Shown piece by piece: positions 28,341 to 37,898 of a stretch of 64,000 nucleotides of DNA (within the stretch, counting starts at the first letter, position 1; each line of letters starts with the position of its first letter). Both the position numbers and the translations under genes were made by a program. Under the pieces are notes generated by a model that was not told the DNA's origin, did not search any database, and saw nothing but the letters and a program-made list of their open reading frames with translations. Where the stretch lies: NCBI GenBank assembly GCA_029559475.1, contig JAKQBN010000078.1, positions 2,986 to 66,985 on the forward strand, written 5' to 3'. Source of the DNA: a bacterium. Its GTDB lineage: Bacteria; UBA4055.

Positions 28341-29729
28341 CTAAAAGCTTACATCAACAAGCTCGATCGGATAATCTCCGTCAAAACAAGCAAAACAGAA
28401 ATTATCATCAGTATTGTTCACGCATCTTGAAAGATCTTCCTGCTTCAGATATTTAAGAGAGTTCACTCTCAAGAATTCAGGCATATCTTCGAACTCCATC
28501 CTGTTGGCCATAAGCTCTTCTTTCGTATTAGTGTCGAGCCCGTAGAAGCATGGGAATTTTACCGGCGGAGATGCGATCCTTAAATGTATCTCAGCCACAC
28601 CGGCTTTCCAGAGCATTCCGGCTATCTTTCTCATCGTAGTGCCGCGTACGATAGAATCATCGACAAGAACTATCCTTTTGCCTTTCAAAGTAGATATGAC
28701 CGGATTGAATTTCTGTTTGACGCTTTCATCCCGACCTCTCTGATCGGGCTTAATGAAAGTTCTTCCCACATAATGATTCCTGATAAGCGACATCTCGAAC
28801 GGAATGTTCCTTGCCTGAGCATAACCGAGAGCCTGAATATTCGATGAATCGGGTACAGCCACGACTACGTCCGCTTGGAGATCCTTATCATAAGCTGCTA
28901 GAGCCTGACCCATCTTCTTTCTGGCTTCATAGACGCAGATACCGAACTGTTTACTGTCAGGCATCGAAAAATATACAGGTTCAAAAACGCAGTGAGAATG
29001 ACCCTTTCGCCCGTTCCTCATTTCCGGACAGCCGAACTTAAATCTTTCGACCTGATTATCTCCGAAAACATGAATTATCTCTCCGGGAGTGACTTCTTCG
29101 ATGTTCTCGCATCTTAGAATATCAAGACCTTTTGATTCCGATGCGAAGGCATATCCCGTTTCGGTTTTACCGAAAGAGAAGGGCCTTACCCCGTACGGAT
29201 CGCGAAATCCCCAGATCTCATTTCTGCCGATCAGAACCGTAGAGAAAGCTCCCTTAAATTTCTGCATGACCATTTTTATGCATTCTATAATGGGGATCCC
29301 CTTTACGATATGATGCCATACGATGAACCTTAACAGAAGTTCGCCGTCGTTCCCGCTGTTGAAATTGACTTTTTCCTTCTTGAGTTCATTCGTCAAAGTA
29401 GCGTAATTTGTGATGTCGCCGTTGCTTGCGAGGGCGAATATCGTTCCTTCGAGAGTTTCGATAACGTGAGGCTGAGAATTATTCACGTCGCTCGTTCCCC
29501 TTGTAGGATATCTTACATGACCTACAGCGATCCTTCCGGGAAATTCCTTCAATACCGATTCGGTAAGGTTATCCTTAACCAGACCAAGACCCCTGATCTG
29601 CTTGATCTGCATTCCGTTGCTTACAGCGAGACCGCAGCTCTCCTGCCCCCTGTTCTGGATCGCGAAAAGACCCAGCATCGCATCAAAAGCCGCGTCATCT
29701 GAATTAAATATACCTACTACTCCGCACAT
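28341..29729 (-). CDS. purF: Amidophosphoribosyltransferase
   Basis: N-terminal MCGVVGI (Cys nucleophile), the PRPP loop VLVDDSIVRGTT, and C-terminal Fe-S cysteines. Confidence 0.9.
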   Translation of the reverse strand: MCGVVGIFNSDDAAFDAMLGLFAIQNRGQESCGLAVSNGMQIKQIRGLGLVKDNLTESVLKEFPGRIAVGHVRYPTRGTSDVNNSQPHVIETLEGTIFALASNGDITNYATLTNELKKEKVNFNSGNDGELLLRFIVWHHIVKGIPIIECIKMVMQKFKGAFSTVLIGRNEIWGFRDPYGVRPFSFGKTETGYAFASESKGLDILRCENIEEVTPGEIIHVFGDNQVERFKFGCPEMRNGRKGHSHCVFEPVYFSMPDSKQFGICVYEARKKMGQALAAYDKDLQADVVVAVPDSSNIQALGYAQARNIPFEMSLIRNHYVGRTFIKPDQRGRDESVKQKFNPVISTLKGKRIVLVDDSIVRGTTMRKIAGMLWKAGVAEIHLRIASPPVKFPCFYGLDTNTKEELMANRMEFEDMPEFLRVNSLKYLKQEDLSRCVNNTDDNFCFACFDGDYPIELVDVSF

Positions 29730-29730
29730 T

Positions 29731-30213
29731 TTATTTACCTATAATTAATTTTGCCCATTCTTTAGCCATCTCGATATCCTGTTCCTTCTGATTCCTGATC
29801 GGATCTTTGAATTCGATCTTACCTACCATCTCATTTCCTGAAACAGCCTCTTCGAATTTTTCAAAGAATTTTCCGGGACCGCCTCCGTGACAGCAGAAAA
29901 GAGCGACTTTTTTATTGACAGGCTTATGATCTCTAAAAAAAGTTCTCAATGCCGGAGCGTATGTCCACGCCCATACAGGAGTGCCTATGAAAAGCAGATC
30001 GTAATTTTCAGGTTTTACATTAAAAGTCAAAAGCTCAGGTTCCGCTTTTGTCATAGCTTCTTTTCCGCCAGTAAAGTATTTCAGAAAATTATTACGCGTT
30101 ATCTCTTTAACTGGTTTAAGTTCAAGAACATCGGCTCCGATCTCCCCTGCTATTGCTTCAGCTATAAGTTTCGTGTTACCGTCAAATGAATAAAAAACCA
30201 CCAGCGTTTTCAT
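29731..30213 (-). CDS. Flavodoxin family protein
   Basis: MKTLVVFYSFDGNTKLIAEAIA FMN phosphate-binding loop. 160 aa. Confidence 0.7.
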   Translation of the reverse strand: MKTLVVFYSFDGNTKLIAEAIAGEIGADVLELKPVKEITRNNFLKYFTGGKEAMTKAEPELLTFNVKPENYDLLFIGTPVWAWTYAPALRTFFRDHKPVNKKVALFCCHGGGPGKFFEKFEEAVSGNEMVGKIEFKDPIRNQKEQDIEMAKEWAKLIIGK

Positions 30214-30303
30214 AAAATCCTCCTCAGGATCTTTTCACGTCGGAATATATAAAAACCAATAAACAATTGCTATAATAAAATTAATACTTATTACATAATA
30301 TAC

Positions 30304-30897
30304 CTATAATCTCATTGCAGAACCTGTCTTTGCAAGCTGATCAAGCATTAGTCCGAAAAGATAATAGAGCGATTCAAGAATATTTTCATCTTTAATGATC
30401 TCCGAACTTACGAAAAGCAGCTCAGCTTTTCCGTCCGGGACTTTCTTCCCGAAAGGGTCGGTTTTATCAATAATGGAAAGATATATCTTTTTTTGAGCAT
30501 TAATAAGATCTCTTATATTATCCGGAGCAAAGATCATCTGCGCCTTATTGATATCGTTGGCTTTTATAATAAAAGCATCATCGAATTCAGGATATCCTAT
30601 CACAACGTCCTGAGCTCCAAAAACTTTGGCTATATTGCTGAAAAATCCTTTGCGGTGGATAGAGAACCTGAAATTATCAAGAGGTTTAAACTCAGCGCTT
30701 ACTTTTGTAAAACAACTGTAGCTGATCGGTTTTGCAGCGGCATTTATTAACGTAAGTATCTCAAATTCGATCTGCCAATTGCCGAAAACAGCTTTTACTC
30801 TGTCGCCTTTATTGAATTCGCCGGCAGAATAATCTCCTGCGATCTTGATTGCAAAATTTCTCCATGATTCAATATTTTTCTGACCTTCCACATCCAT
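30304..30897 (-). CDS. Hypothetical protein
   Basis: 197-aa ORF with coding-like composition. No recognisable motif. Confidence 0.5.
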   Translation of the reverse strand: MDVEGQKNIESWRNFAIKIAGDYSAGEFNKGDRVKAVFGNWQIEFEILTLINAAAKPISYSCFTKVSAEFKPLDNFRFSIHRKGFFSNIAKVFGAQDVVIGYPEFDDAFIIKANDINKAQMIFAPDNIRDLINAQKKIYLSIIDKTDPFGKKVPDGKAELLFVSSEIIKDENILESLYYLFGLMLDQLAKTGSAMRL

Positions 30898-31062
30898 GAT
30901 CCACCGCCGTGTTTTATTATGAATATAATGTATAATAAGAGAAATAAGATGTCAAATAATAACTTTGACAATACGGCAGTAATAAATTAGATTTATAATG
31001 TATGGATATAAGGAAGAAATAAACGCCATGTTTCGTATATTTTCTTGAAATAGGCACAAATA

Positions 31063-31198
31063 TTCCAGCTAAACGAAACGATTCGTATAGCTTCCGCAAA
31101 CAAGCGCAAACGTCGCGGCTATACGCCATGTGGCGTATAGCCGCACGTTGAAGGACATTGCAATTTGTATTCTAAAGAAAAGACCATTGAGCCAAGTA
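31063..31198. repeat. Left copy of an imperfect inverted repeat bracketing the 31-42 kb accessory segment; contains a perfect 14+14 bp palindrome
   Basis: Reverse complement aligns by hand to 42021-42134. The block CCATTGAGCCAAGTA (31184-31198) matches TACTTGGCTCAATGG (42021-42035) 15/15. The block 31136-31168 matches 42045-42077 at about 27/33. Both copies carry GGCTATA...TATAGCC hairpins, here GCGGCTATACGCCA-tg-TGGCGTATAGCCGC at 31115-31144. Confidence 0.75.
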
Positions 31199-31371
31199 TC
31201 TTAGGTCGATTTAATGGGGTAGAAAATGAAAATAATATTCTTTGGAAAAGACCGGAAATGGGATTATCTTTCTGCAATAGGATTTAAACACTTTGAAACA
31301 AGAGTAATTTAAGCATAAGAGGAAAAGTTGGTAACACTTTACAAATCAAACCGCACATTTAGGAGATCGAT

Positions 31372-32217
31372 ATGAAAAATTTTTTAATCATTTTATTCTT
31401 CAGTATTTTATTCACTGCCACATATTCAAAGACCATTTACGGTGAATACACTTATTCTTACGGTGACGATGAAACATTGACAACGGCTAAGCAGAAATGT
31501 CAGACATTAGCTAAAAGAGATGCAGTGGAAAAGTTCGCTACATTCCTCAAAAGCGAGACTGTGTTAAGAAATTATCAGACCGAAAATGACGAAATAATCG
31601 CCAACGCCGAAGCAATGGTGACGGATGTCAAGATCATAGAAGAGAAAATAGACAAACTGAATACGAACATTTATTATAAGATCAGCGCAGAGGTTGATGA
31701 GGAAAAAATACTCGGTGTTTATGAAGCAAAAGAAAAACTAAAGCTTGAAAAAATTGAAGCCGAACGCAAGGCGCAGGAAGAAAGGATCGCGGCAGAAAGA
31801 AAAGCCGAAGCCGAGAGGATGGAAGCAGAGCGAGTAGCGCAGGAATTAAAACTCAAGGCGGATAAAGAAGCTCTTGAAGCAAAGCTTAAACACGAAAAAG
31901 AACTCGCCGCGATAGAGCAGGAAACTGAAAAAATAAAGCTTTCCCGTGAGATAAACGAAAAGGACAGAAGGTTCTGGAGAACTCAAAAATGGATAGCTCT
32001 CGGAGCTTTCGCAGGTTCAGCGGGGCTTGGGACATATTTCAATATGCAGGGATCATCAAACTACGACGATTATAAGAACGCAACTTCGACATCATCTGCC
32101 GACGATCTTTACGATAAGGCCGAAAGCAATTATTTATACAGGGATGTCACATTTTCTGTATCGATCGTACCACTCGGATATTTTTTCTACGCATGGTATA
32201 AAGAAAGCCAGTATTAA
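31372..32217 (+). CDS. Hypothetical coiled-coil membrane protein
   Basis: Signal/TM at the N-terminus. The central part is a charged E/K/A-rich coiled coil (EAERKAQEERIAAERKAEAERMEAERVAQE). Two C-terminal hydrophobic helices follow. Confidence 0.65.
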   Translation: MKNFLIILFFSILFTATYSKTIYGEYTYSYGDDETLTTAKQKCQTLAKRDAVEKFATFLKSETVLRNYQTENDEIIANAEAMVTDVKIIEEKIDKLNTNIYYKISAEVDEEKILGVYEAKEKLKLEKIEAERKAQEERIAAERKAEAERMEAERVAQELKLKADKEALEAKLKHEKELAAIEQETEKIKLSREINEKDRRFWRTQKWIALGAFAGSAGLGTYFNMQGSSNYDDYKNATSTSSADDLYDKAESNYLYRDVTFSVSIVPLGYFFYAWYKESQY

Positions 32218-32237
32218 AAGGAAACAGGAGTTATAAA

Positions 32238-35200
32238 ATGAAAAGAACAATTTATTTAATATCAGCAGCAGCGGTCTTACTTATAATCTGGACGTGCTCC
32301 GATCTTGAACATTCAAATCCGTTCGATTCCAGCTACGGCGATCCGGATCCGTTAAAAAAACTTGATCTCGTAATTGAAAAAATCGACAGGATAAAACTAG
32401 TCTGGGATGATGATTATTACAGCAAGGACTCGAACTATACTTTTATAATTGACAGGAAGATAGGCGATACTGGTGCTTGGGAAGAAGAATATAAGATATT
32501 TAAAAGCAAATACACTTCATTTACAGACTCATCGGCCGGTATTGACAAACTGAATTTTTATAGGGTTAAAGTGGCTTATGACAAGAATATTTCCGATCCG
32601 ATCGAAACATCAATACTAAACCCGTTCAATCCGCCGTCAGGGATTACTCTGAACAGAAAAGATATAAAAACAATTCAGATCAGCTGGAATGACAATTCCA
32701 ACGGAGAGGACGGTTTCAAAATTGACAGATATTCGAACGGCGCATGGGTGACAGGATTCAAAACACTTGGTCAGAACGCTGCGACATGGACAGATTCCGC
32801 TGCCGTGCTTAATGATTCTTTAAGATACAGGATCTACGGTTTCAGGAAAACCTATAATTCTCAGCAGGCTTTAACGAACCTGATAGACAATACATTACCC
32901 GCTCCGTCAAATTTAATAGTACAGCAGAATGATGTAAGCACTTTCGAACTTAACTGGACAGACAACAGCACTGGAGAACAGGGTTTTATTGTCGAAAGAA
33001 GCATTGACGGCGGTTCTTATTCCGTATTAAGCACTTTACCCGCAAATACGACATCGTATATAGACACTTCAGTCAGCAAAGGAAAAAGTTTATCTGATGT
33101 ATCTTACAGAGTTGTGTCTTATTTCGGTACATTCAAATCAGCTTATGCAGAGACTTCATCCGGAATAGAATTTCCCGCACCGGGTACGCTGTCCTATGAA
33201 AAGCTTACTATTTCATCCATTAAGCTAAACTGGGCAGATAACAGTCTTTCTGAAGATGGTTTTAAAATTGAGAAAAAAGTAGGCGGTGGTTCATGGACTG
33301 CTTATGCTACTGTAACCAAAAATACAACAACATGGACAGATGCAGCTGCCCAGATAAATCAGACAGTTCAATATAGAATTTATGCTTACAAAGGCATCAA
33401 CACTTCTACTATTACCGAAAGTTCGGTCATTGATAATACTTTCCCCGCGCCAACGGGCATTACTTTCACAAAAGTTTCGATCAGCTCAATTAAAATTGAC
33501 TGGCTCGATAATTCAACCGGAGAAGACGGTTTCAAAATTGACAGATCAGTCAACGGAACATGGACAAATTCTTATGCATCTGTAACTGGAAATATCAAAA
33601 CTTATACTGATGCTAGCACACCTATAAATTCTACTGTTATTTACCGCGTTTACGCATATAAATCAACAAGCGTCTCTGCAACAATTTCGACATCTTCGAT
33701 CGCGAACACTTTTCCGGCACCTTCAAATCCTTCGATAGTTCAGCTTGCTGTTAACTCTGTTAAAATAAGCTGGACAGATAACTCTACAGGCGAAGACGGA
33801 TTTAAAATTGACAGAAAAAATGTTTCGGGTACTTGGACAACAGCCTACGGCTCAGTAGGCTCGAACATAACCGAATGGACAGATACCGCAGCCGCTATAT
33901 CCGACAGCCTTCAATACAGAGTTTACGGTTACAAAGGAACAGCATATTCAGCTTACGCTTATACGAGAGCATCCGACCTGACATTTCCGCCGCCTACAAA
34001 TGTAACCTACACCAGACCGACAATAATTTCAATAAAATTGGACTGGGTTGACAACAGCACAGGCGAAACAGGATTTAAAATTGACCGATCGGTTGATGGC
34101 GGCGCTTGGGTTATAGCTTACGGCACTGTAAGTTCAGATGTTGTTACTTGGACTGATGCCAATGCACCGATAAATAAAAATATACAGTACAGAATTTACG
34201 GTTATACAGCCACAGACGCATCCAGTTATGCCACTTCGGCAGTAATAGCAAATACATTTCCTGCGCCTGTTCTTAATGCTGTCACTCAGCAGACTGTAAG
34301 TTCATTTAAGCTTGACTGGTCTGATAATTCCACCGGAGAAGACGGCTTTAAAATAGAAAGAAAAATTGATGCCGAAGCTTATGTTCAAATAGCTTCAGTC
34401 GGCGCAAATATTTTAACTTATACGGATTCCTCAATTAACAAAAAAGGATATACAACTGTTTACTATAGGGTCAGAGCATTTAAAGGAACCGATTATTCAA
34501 CATACAGCGAAAAAACACAGACAATATCTTTTCCGGCTCCGTCAAACATAAATTATACAAAAACAAGCATAAGTTCAATAACAGTAAACTGGTCTGATAA
34601 TTCAAACGGCGAAGACGGTTTTAAGATTGATAAAAAAGTAGGATCTTCGGAATGGGTATTAACTTATGGAACAGCAGCCGCAAACGCAGTTTCATGGCTT
34701 GATTCAAATGCGGAGCCGAACACTTCTATTCAGTATAGAGTTTATGCTTACAAAGGAAGCAATGCATCAACAGCGAATTACAGCGCGACAATTGACAACA
34801 CATTTCCTGCTCCGCTTAATATTTCAACAGAAAAGCTGACAATATCTTCGATAAAAGTAAATTGGACTGACAATTCAACAGGTGAAACCGGCTTCATAAT
34901 TGACAGAAAAGTCGGAGTTGACGCATGGGCTGCTTATGATACAACGGCAACTAATGCAGTTACCTGGACTGACAATAGCGCAGTCATAAACGCTAATCTT
35001 CAATACAGAGTAAAAGGATATAAAGGCAGCTTTTATTCTAACTATCTTGAATCTTCACAGATCAGCAATATTTTTCCTGCACCAACAAATCTGATCCTGA
35101 CTCAAGTCAAAAAACTTCAAAAAGCCGTAACCATAAGGCTTGACTGGACGGATAATTCAACCGGCGAAGACGGATTTAAGATCTACAAGAAGAACGATGT

Positions 35201-36965
35201 CGGGAACTGGAACGAAGCAGGCACGGTTGCAAGCAATATTAAAACATGGTCTGACGCTTCCGCAGTGATCAATGACAGCCTTGCTTACAGAGTAAAAGGG
35301 TATAAAGGAACTTATACTTCAAATTACACACAGGCAGATGTAAGCTCTCTCACATTTCCGCCGCCCACAAACCTGACATATACAAAACTCGACCTGAATT
35401 CAATCAGACTGAACTGGACTGATAATTCCAACATGGAAGACGGTTTCAAAATTGATAAAAAAGTCGGAGACAATGCGTGGGTAACCGCATACGCATCAAC
35501 TGCGGCAAACGCAGTAACATGGACAGACGATAACGCTGATGTCAATCAGACCTTACAGTACAGAGTTTATACATATTCAGGCAGTTTCGTATCCAATTAT
35601 GTAGAAACAACAGCAATAGACAACACATTCCCGGCACCAACAAATTTAACAACAACCCAGATCAGCATAACAAGCGCAAATATAGCTTGGAACGACAACA
35701 GCACCGGAGAAGATAAATTTGAAATAGAACGAAAACTCTCAGCCGATGCAACATATATCAAGATCGGAGAAATAACAGGCAGCGCTACAACAACAAAAGC
35801 ATACACAGACACAACAGTAGTCCCTTCAAGCACTTACGATTACAGAGTAAAAGCAGTATTCGGCACAAATTCGACAGCTTACATAACAAAAACAGGTTAC
35901 GAGAACACATTCCATGCTCCTACGAATCTTACAGCCAGTGTAGAGACTGACACTTCTATTAAGCTTGAATGGACAGACAATTCCTCTTTCGAATCTGGTT
36001 TTAAGATTGACCGTAAACTTGGAGTTACAGGCAGTTGGGAAACCGATTTTACTACACTTGGAGCTAATGTCAAAACATATACAAACACAGGACTCACAGC
36101 AGGTACAACCTACTATTATAGAGTCCGTGCATATTTTTCAACATTTTACAGTGAATATACAAACGAAGTCAATGCAATTCCAACTGTGCCTGAAGGTTTT
36201 GCCTCAATCCCTACGGGCAGTTTCGACATGGGTAGTACAACTGGTGACAGCGATGAAGCACCTGTACACAGAGTGAACATAACAAGACCGTATTACCTTG
36301 GTAAATATGAAGTTACTCAAAAAGAATGGCAGGATATAATGGGCAGTAATCCAGCGAGTAGCTTATATGGAATGGGAGAGAATTATCCAGTATATCATGT
36401 AAGTTGGTACTCAATTCTTGTCTATTGTAATAAGCGAAGTATTACTGAAGGAATTACCCCTTGCTATACGATAAGTGGTAGTACTGATCCTATCACTTGG
36501 GGGAGCATACCGACTAGTTCAAATAGTACATGGGATGCCGTTACTTGTGATTTTAATGTAAAAGGTTACAGATTGCCTTCAGAGGCTGAGTGGGAATATG
36601 CCGCTAGATATAATGACGGCAGGACATATCCTTGGGGTGAAACAGCTCCTTCAAGCACATTGTGTAATTTTGATGCTAATGTAGGAAAAACTACAATTGT
36701 CGGTGACTATTCATCAGGTATTAGTTCTCTTGGATTGTACGATTTGTCGGGCAATGTAGGTGAGTGGGTTTGGGATTGGTACGATACATATCCTATTGCT
36801 GAGCAGTCTGATCCATTGGGTATAACAAGTGGAACTTACCGAGTTGTACGCAATAGCAATTATAACAATATTGCTTTTGCAATGCGTTGTTCGTTTCGGG
36901 GACATACTAATCCATATTCTTTAATTGTAGGTGATGGGGGGTTTCGATTAGCAAGGACGAAATAG
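32238..36965 (+). CDS. Giant surface lipoprotein: about 14 tandem Fn3-like repeats plus a C-terminal FGE-sulfatase (formylglycine-generating-enzyme/C-type-lectin fold) domain
   Basis: Lipobox LLIIWTC. The signature W.DNS.GE.GF.I.R recurs about 14 times. The C-terminal roughly 250 aa carry GYRLPSEAEWEYAAR, YPWG, GNVGEWVWDWY and GFRLA, typical of the FGE-sulfatase family. Confidence 0.85.
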   Translation: MKRTIYLISAAAVLLIIWTCSDLEHSNPFDSSYGDPDPLKKLDLVIEKIDRIKLVWDDDYYSKDSNYTFIIDRKIGDTGAWEEEYKIFKSKYTSFTDSSAGIDKLNFYRVKVAYDKNISDPIETSILNPFNPPSGITLNRKDIKTIQISWNDNSNGEDGFKIDRYSNGAWVTGFKTLGQNAATWTDSAAVLNDSLRYRIYGFRKTYNSQQALTNLIDNTLPAPSNLIVQQNDVSTFELNWTDNSTGEQGFIVERSIDGGSYSVLSTLPANTTSYIDTSVSKGKSLSDVSYRVVSYFGTFKSAYAETSSGIEFPAPGTLSYEKLTISSIKLNWADNSLSEDGFKIEKKVGGGSWTAYATVTKNTTTWTDAAAQINQTVQYRIYAYKGINTSTITESSVIDNTFPAPTGITFTKVSISSIKIDWLDNSTGEDGFKIDRSVNGTWTNSYASVTGNIKTYTDASTPINSTVIYRVYAYKSTSVSATISTSSIANTFPAPSNPSIVQLAVNSVKISWTDNSTGEDGFKIDRKNVSGTWTTAYGSVGSNITEWTDTAAAISDSLQYRVYGYKGTAYSAYAYTRASDLTFPPPTNVTYTRPTIISIKLDWVDNSTGETGFKIDRSVDGGAWVIAYGTVSSDVVTWTDANAPINKNIQYRIYGYTATDASSYATSAVIANTFPAPVLNAVTQQTVSSFKLDWSDNSTGEDGFKIERKIDAEAYVQIASVGANILTYTDSSINKKGYTTVYYRVRAFKGTDYSTYSEKTQTISFPAPSNINYTKTSISSITVNWSDNSNGEDGFKIDKKVGSSEWVLTYGTAAANAVSWLDSNAEPNTSIQYRVYAYKGSNASTANYSATIDNTFPAPLNISTEKLTISSIKVNWTDNSTGETGFIIDRKVGVDAWAAYDTTATNAVTWTDNSAVINANLQYRVKGYKGSFYSNYLESSQISNIFPAPTNLILTQVKKLQKAVTIRLDWTDNSTGEDGFKIYKKNDVGNWNEAGTVASNIKTWSDASAVINDSLAYRVKGYKGTYTSNYTQADVSSLTFPPPTNLTYTKLDLNSIRLNWTDNSNMEDGFKIDKKVGDNAWVTAYASTAANAVTWTDDNADVNQTLQYRVYTYSGSFVSNYVETTAIDNTFPAPTNLTTTQISITSANIAWNDNSTGEDKFEIERKLSADATYIKIGEITGSATTTKAYTDTTVVPSSTYDYRVKAVFGTNSTAYITKTGYENTFHAPTNLTASVETDTSIKLEWTDNSSFESGFKIDRKLGVTGSWETDFTTLGANVKTYTNTGLTAGTTYYYRVRAYFSTFYSEYTNEVNAIPTVPEGFASIPTGSFDMGSTTGDSDEAPVHRVNITRPYYLGKYEVTQKEWQDIMGSNPASSLYGMGENYPVYHVSWYSILVYCNKRSITEGITPCYTISGSTDPITWGSIPTSSNSTWDAVTCDFNVKGYRLPSEAEWEYAARYNDGRTYPWGETAPSSTLCNFDANVGKTTIVGDYSSGISSLGLYDLSGNVGEWVWDWYDTYPIAEQSDPLGITSGTYRVVRNSNYNNIAFAMRCSFRGHTNPYSLIVGDGGFRLARTK
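32380..36190 (+). repeat. Tandem in-frame Fn3-like coding repeats (period about 270-300 bp, about 14 copies)
   Basis: The conserved Trp codon of the W.DNS motif recurs at 32685, 32955, 33231 and so on. The DNA-level core GATAATTC.ACCGG.GAAGACGG.TT.AA recurs with divergence between copies. Confidence 0.8.
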
Positions 36966-37001
36966 AGATTTTATAAATAATAAGAAAACAAAGGATATGT
37001 T

Positions 37002-37853
37002 ATGAAAAGGTTAACTTGTTTTATAGGAAAAGCTAAAATCTCACAAAGAGATACCCATACATATTTTGATTGGGTTTTTGATGCTGAATACAGCGATGGT
37101 GAAAAAAAAGAATTTGTTTTTGCGAAGGATTATCAGATAGGTAATATTTATTTCGAAGAACTCATGAGAAGACACTTGATTATTGCTGTAGAAGAAAAAG
37201 TCTCTCCAGAATCGAAATATCTTAAGAAGGATGTGATTAAAAGTGTTAAGAAACGCTTAAAACACATAAAAGAATTTCCCGATGGAATTGAATCAAAACC
37301 ACGGGACGATTTCTTTTTACAGTTAAATATAATAACATTCACAAAAGATTTTGTAATTTTTGATTTTGCCTTTACAGGATTTAAATATATTATCAGGAAT
37401 ATAGAGATGCCCATCGAATTGTATAATGAATTATCTGAAAGGTCATGTTTAAAATTAAGATTTAGTAAAGATTTTCAAGTTTTTATTTCACATGCTTTTG
37501 AAAATAAACCTATAGCTAAAAAAATAGCTGAGGATTTAACAAATAATGGATACCGAGCATGGTTTGATGAATGGGAGATAAAAGTTGGTGATTCGATTGT
37601 TGAAAAAATAAATGAAGGTATTAAAGACACTGCTTTTATGATTGTACTATTTTCTCGTTGTTCTGTTGAAAAATCTTGGGTAAAAAAGGAAATGAATGCC
37701 GGCTTCGTGGAGGAATTAAAAAGGAAAAAGATATATGTATTACCTGCATTAATTGAAGATTGTGATATACCGCCACTGTTTTCAGATAAACGCTATGCAG
37801 ATTTCACTGTTTCTTATGAACTTGGAATTAATGAAATTTTAAAGTCATTGTGA
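37002..37853 (+). CDS. TIR-domain protein (unknown N-terminal domain of about 160 aa plus a C-terminal TIR)
   Basis: C-terminal VFISHAFENKPIAKKIAEDL..GYRAWFDEWEIKVGDSI...AFMIVLFS..S..SWVKKEMN matches the bacterial TIR_2 pattern, including the W...E glutamate position. It starts 36 nt after the Fn3/FGE gene with AAAGGA upstream. Confidence 0.8.
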   Translation: MKRLTCFIGKAKISQRDTHTYFDWVFDAEYSDGEKKEFVFAKDYQIGNIYFEELMRRHLIIAVEEKVSPESKYLKKDVIKSVKKRLKHIKEFPDGIESKPRDDFFLQLNIITFTKDFVIFDFAFTGFKYIIRNIEMPIELYNELSERSCLKLRFSKDFQVFISHAFENKPIAKKIAEDLTNNGYRAWFDEWEIKVGDSIVEKINEGIKDTAFMIVLFSRCSVEKSWVKKEMNAGFVEELKRKKIYVLPALIEDCDIPPLFSDKRYADFTVSYELGINEILKSL

Positions 37854-37898
37854 TGATAATCTCGTTTATTAGTATTTATTTATTACACTGGATATATT

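Noticed and set aside
30917-31129. 70-aa minus-strand ORF in the left repeat region, and a 28-codon ORF at 31226-31312
   Set aside because: Low-complexity Tyr/Ser/Leu-rich translation, overlap with the palindromic repeat, and no SD. Most likely non-coding.
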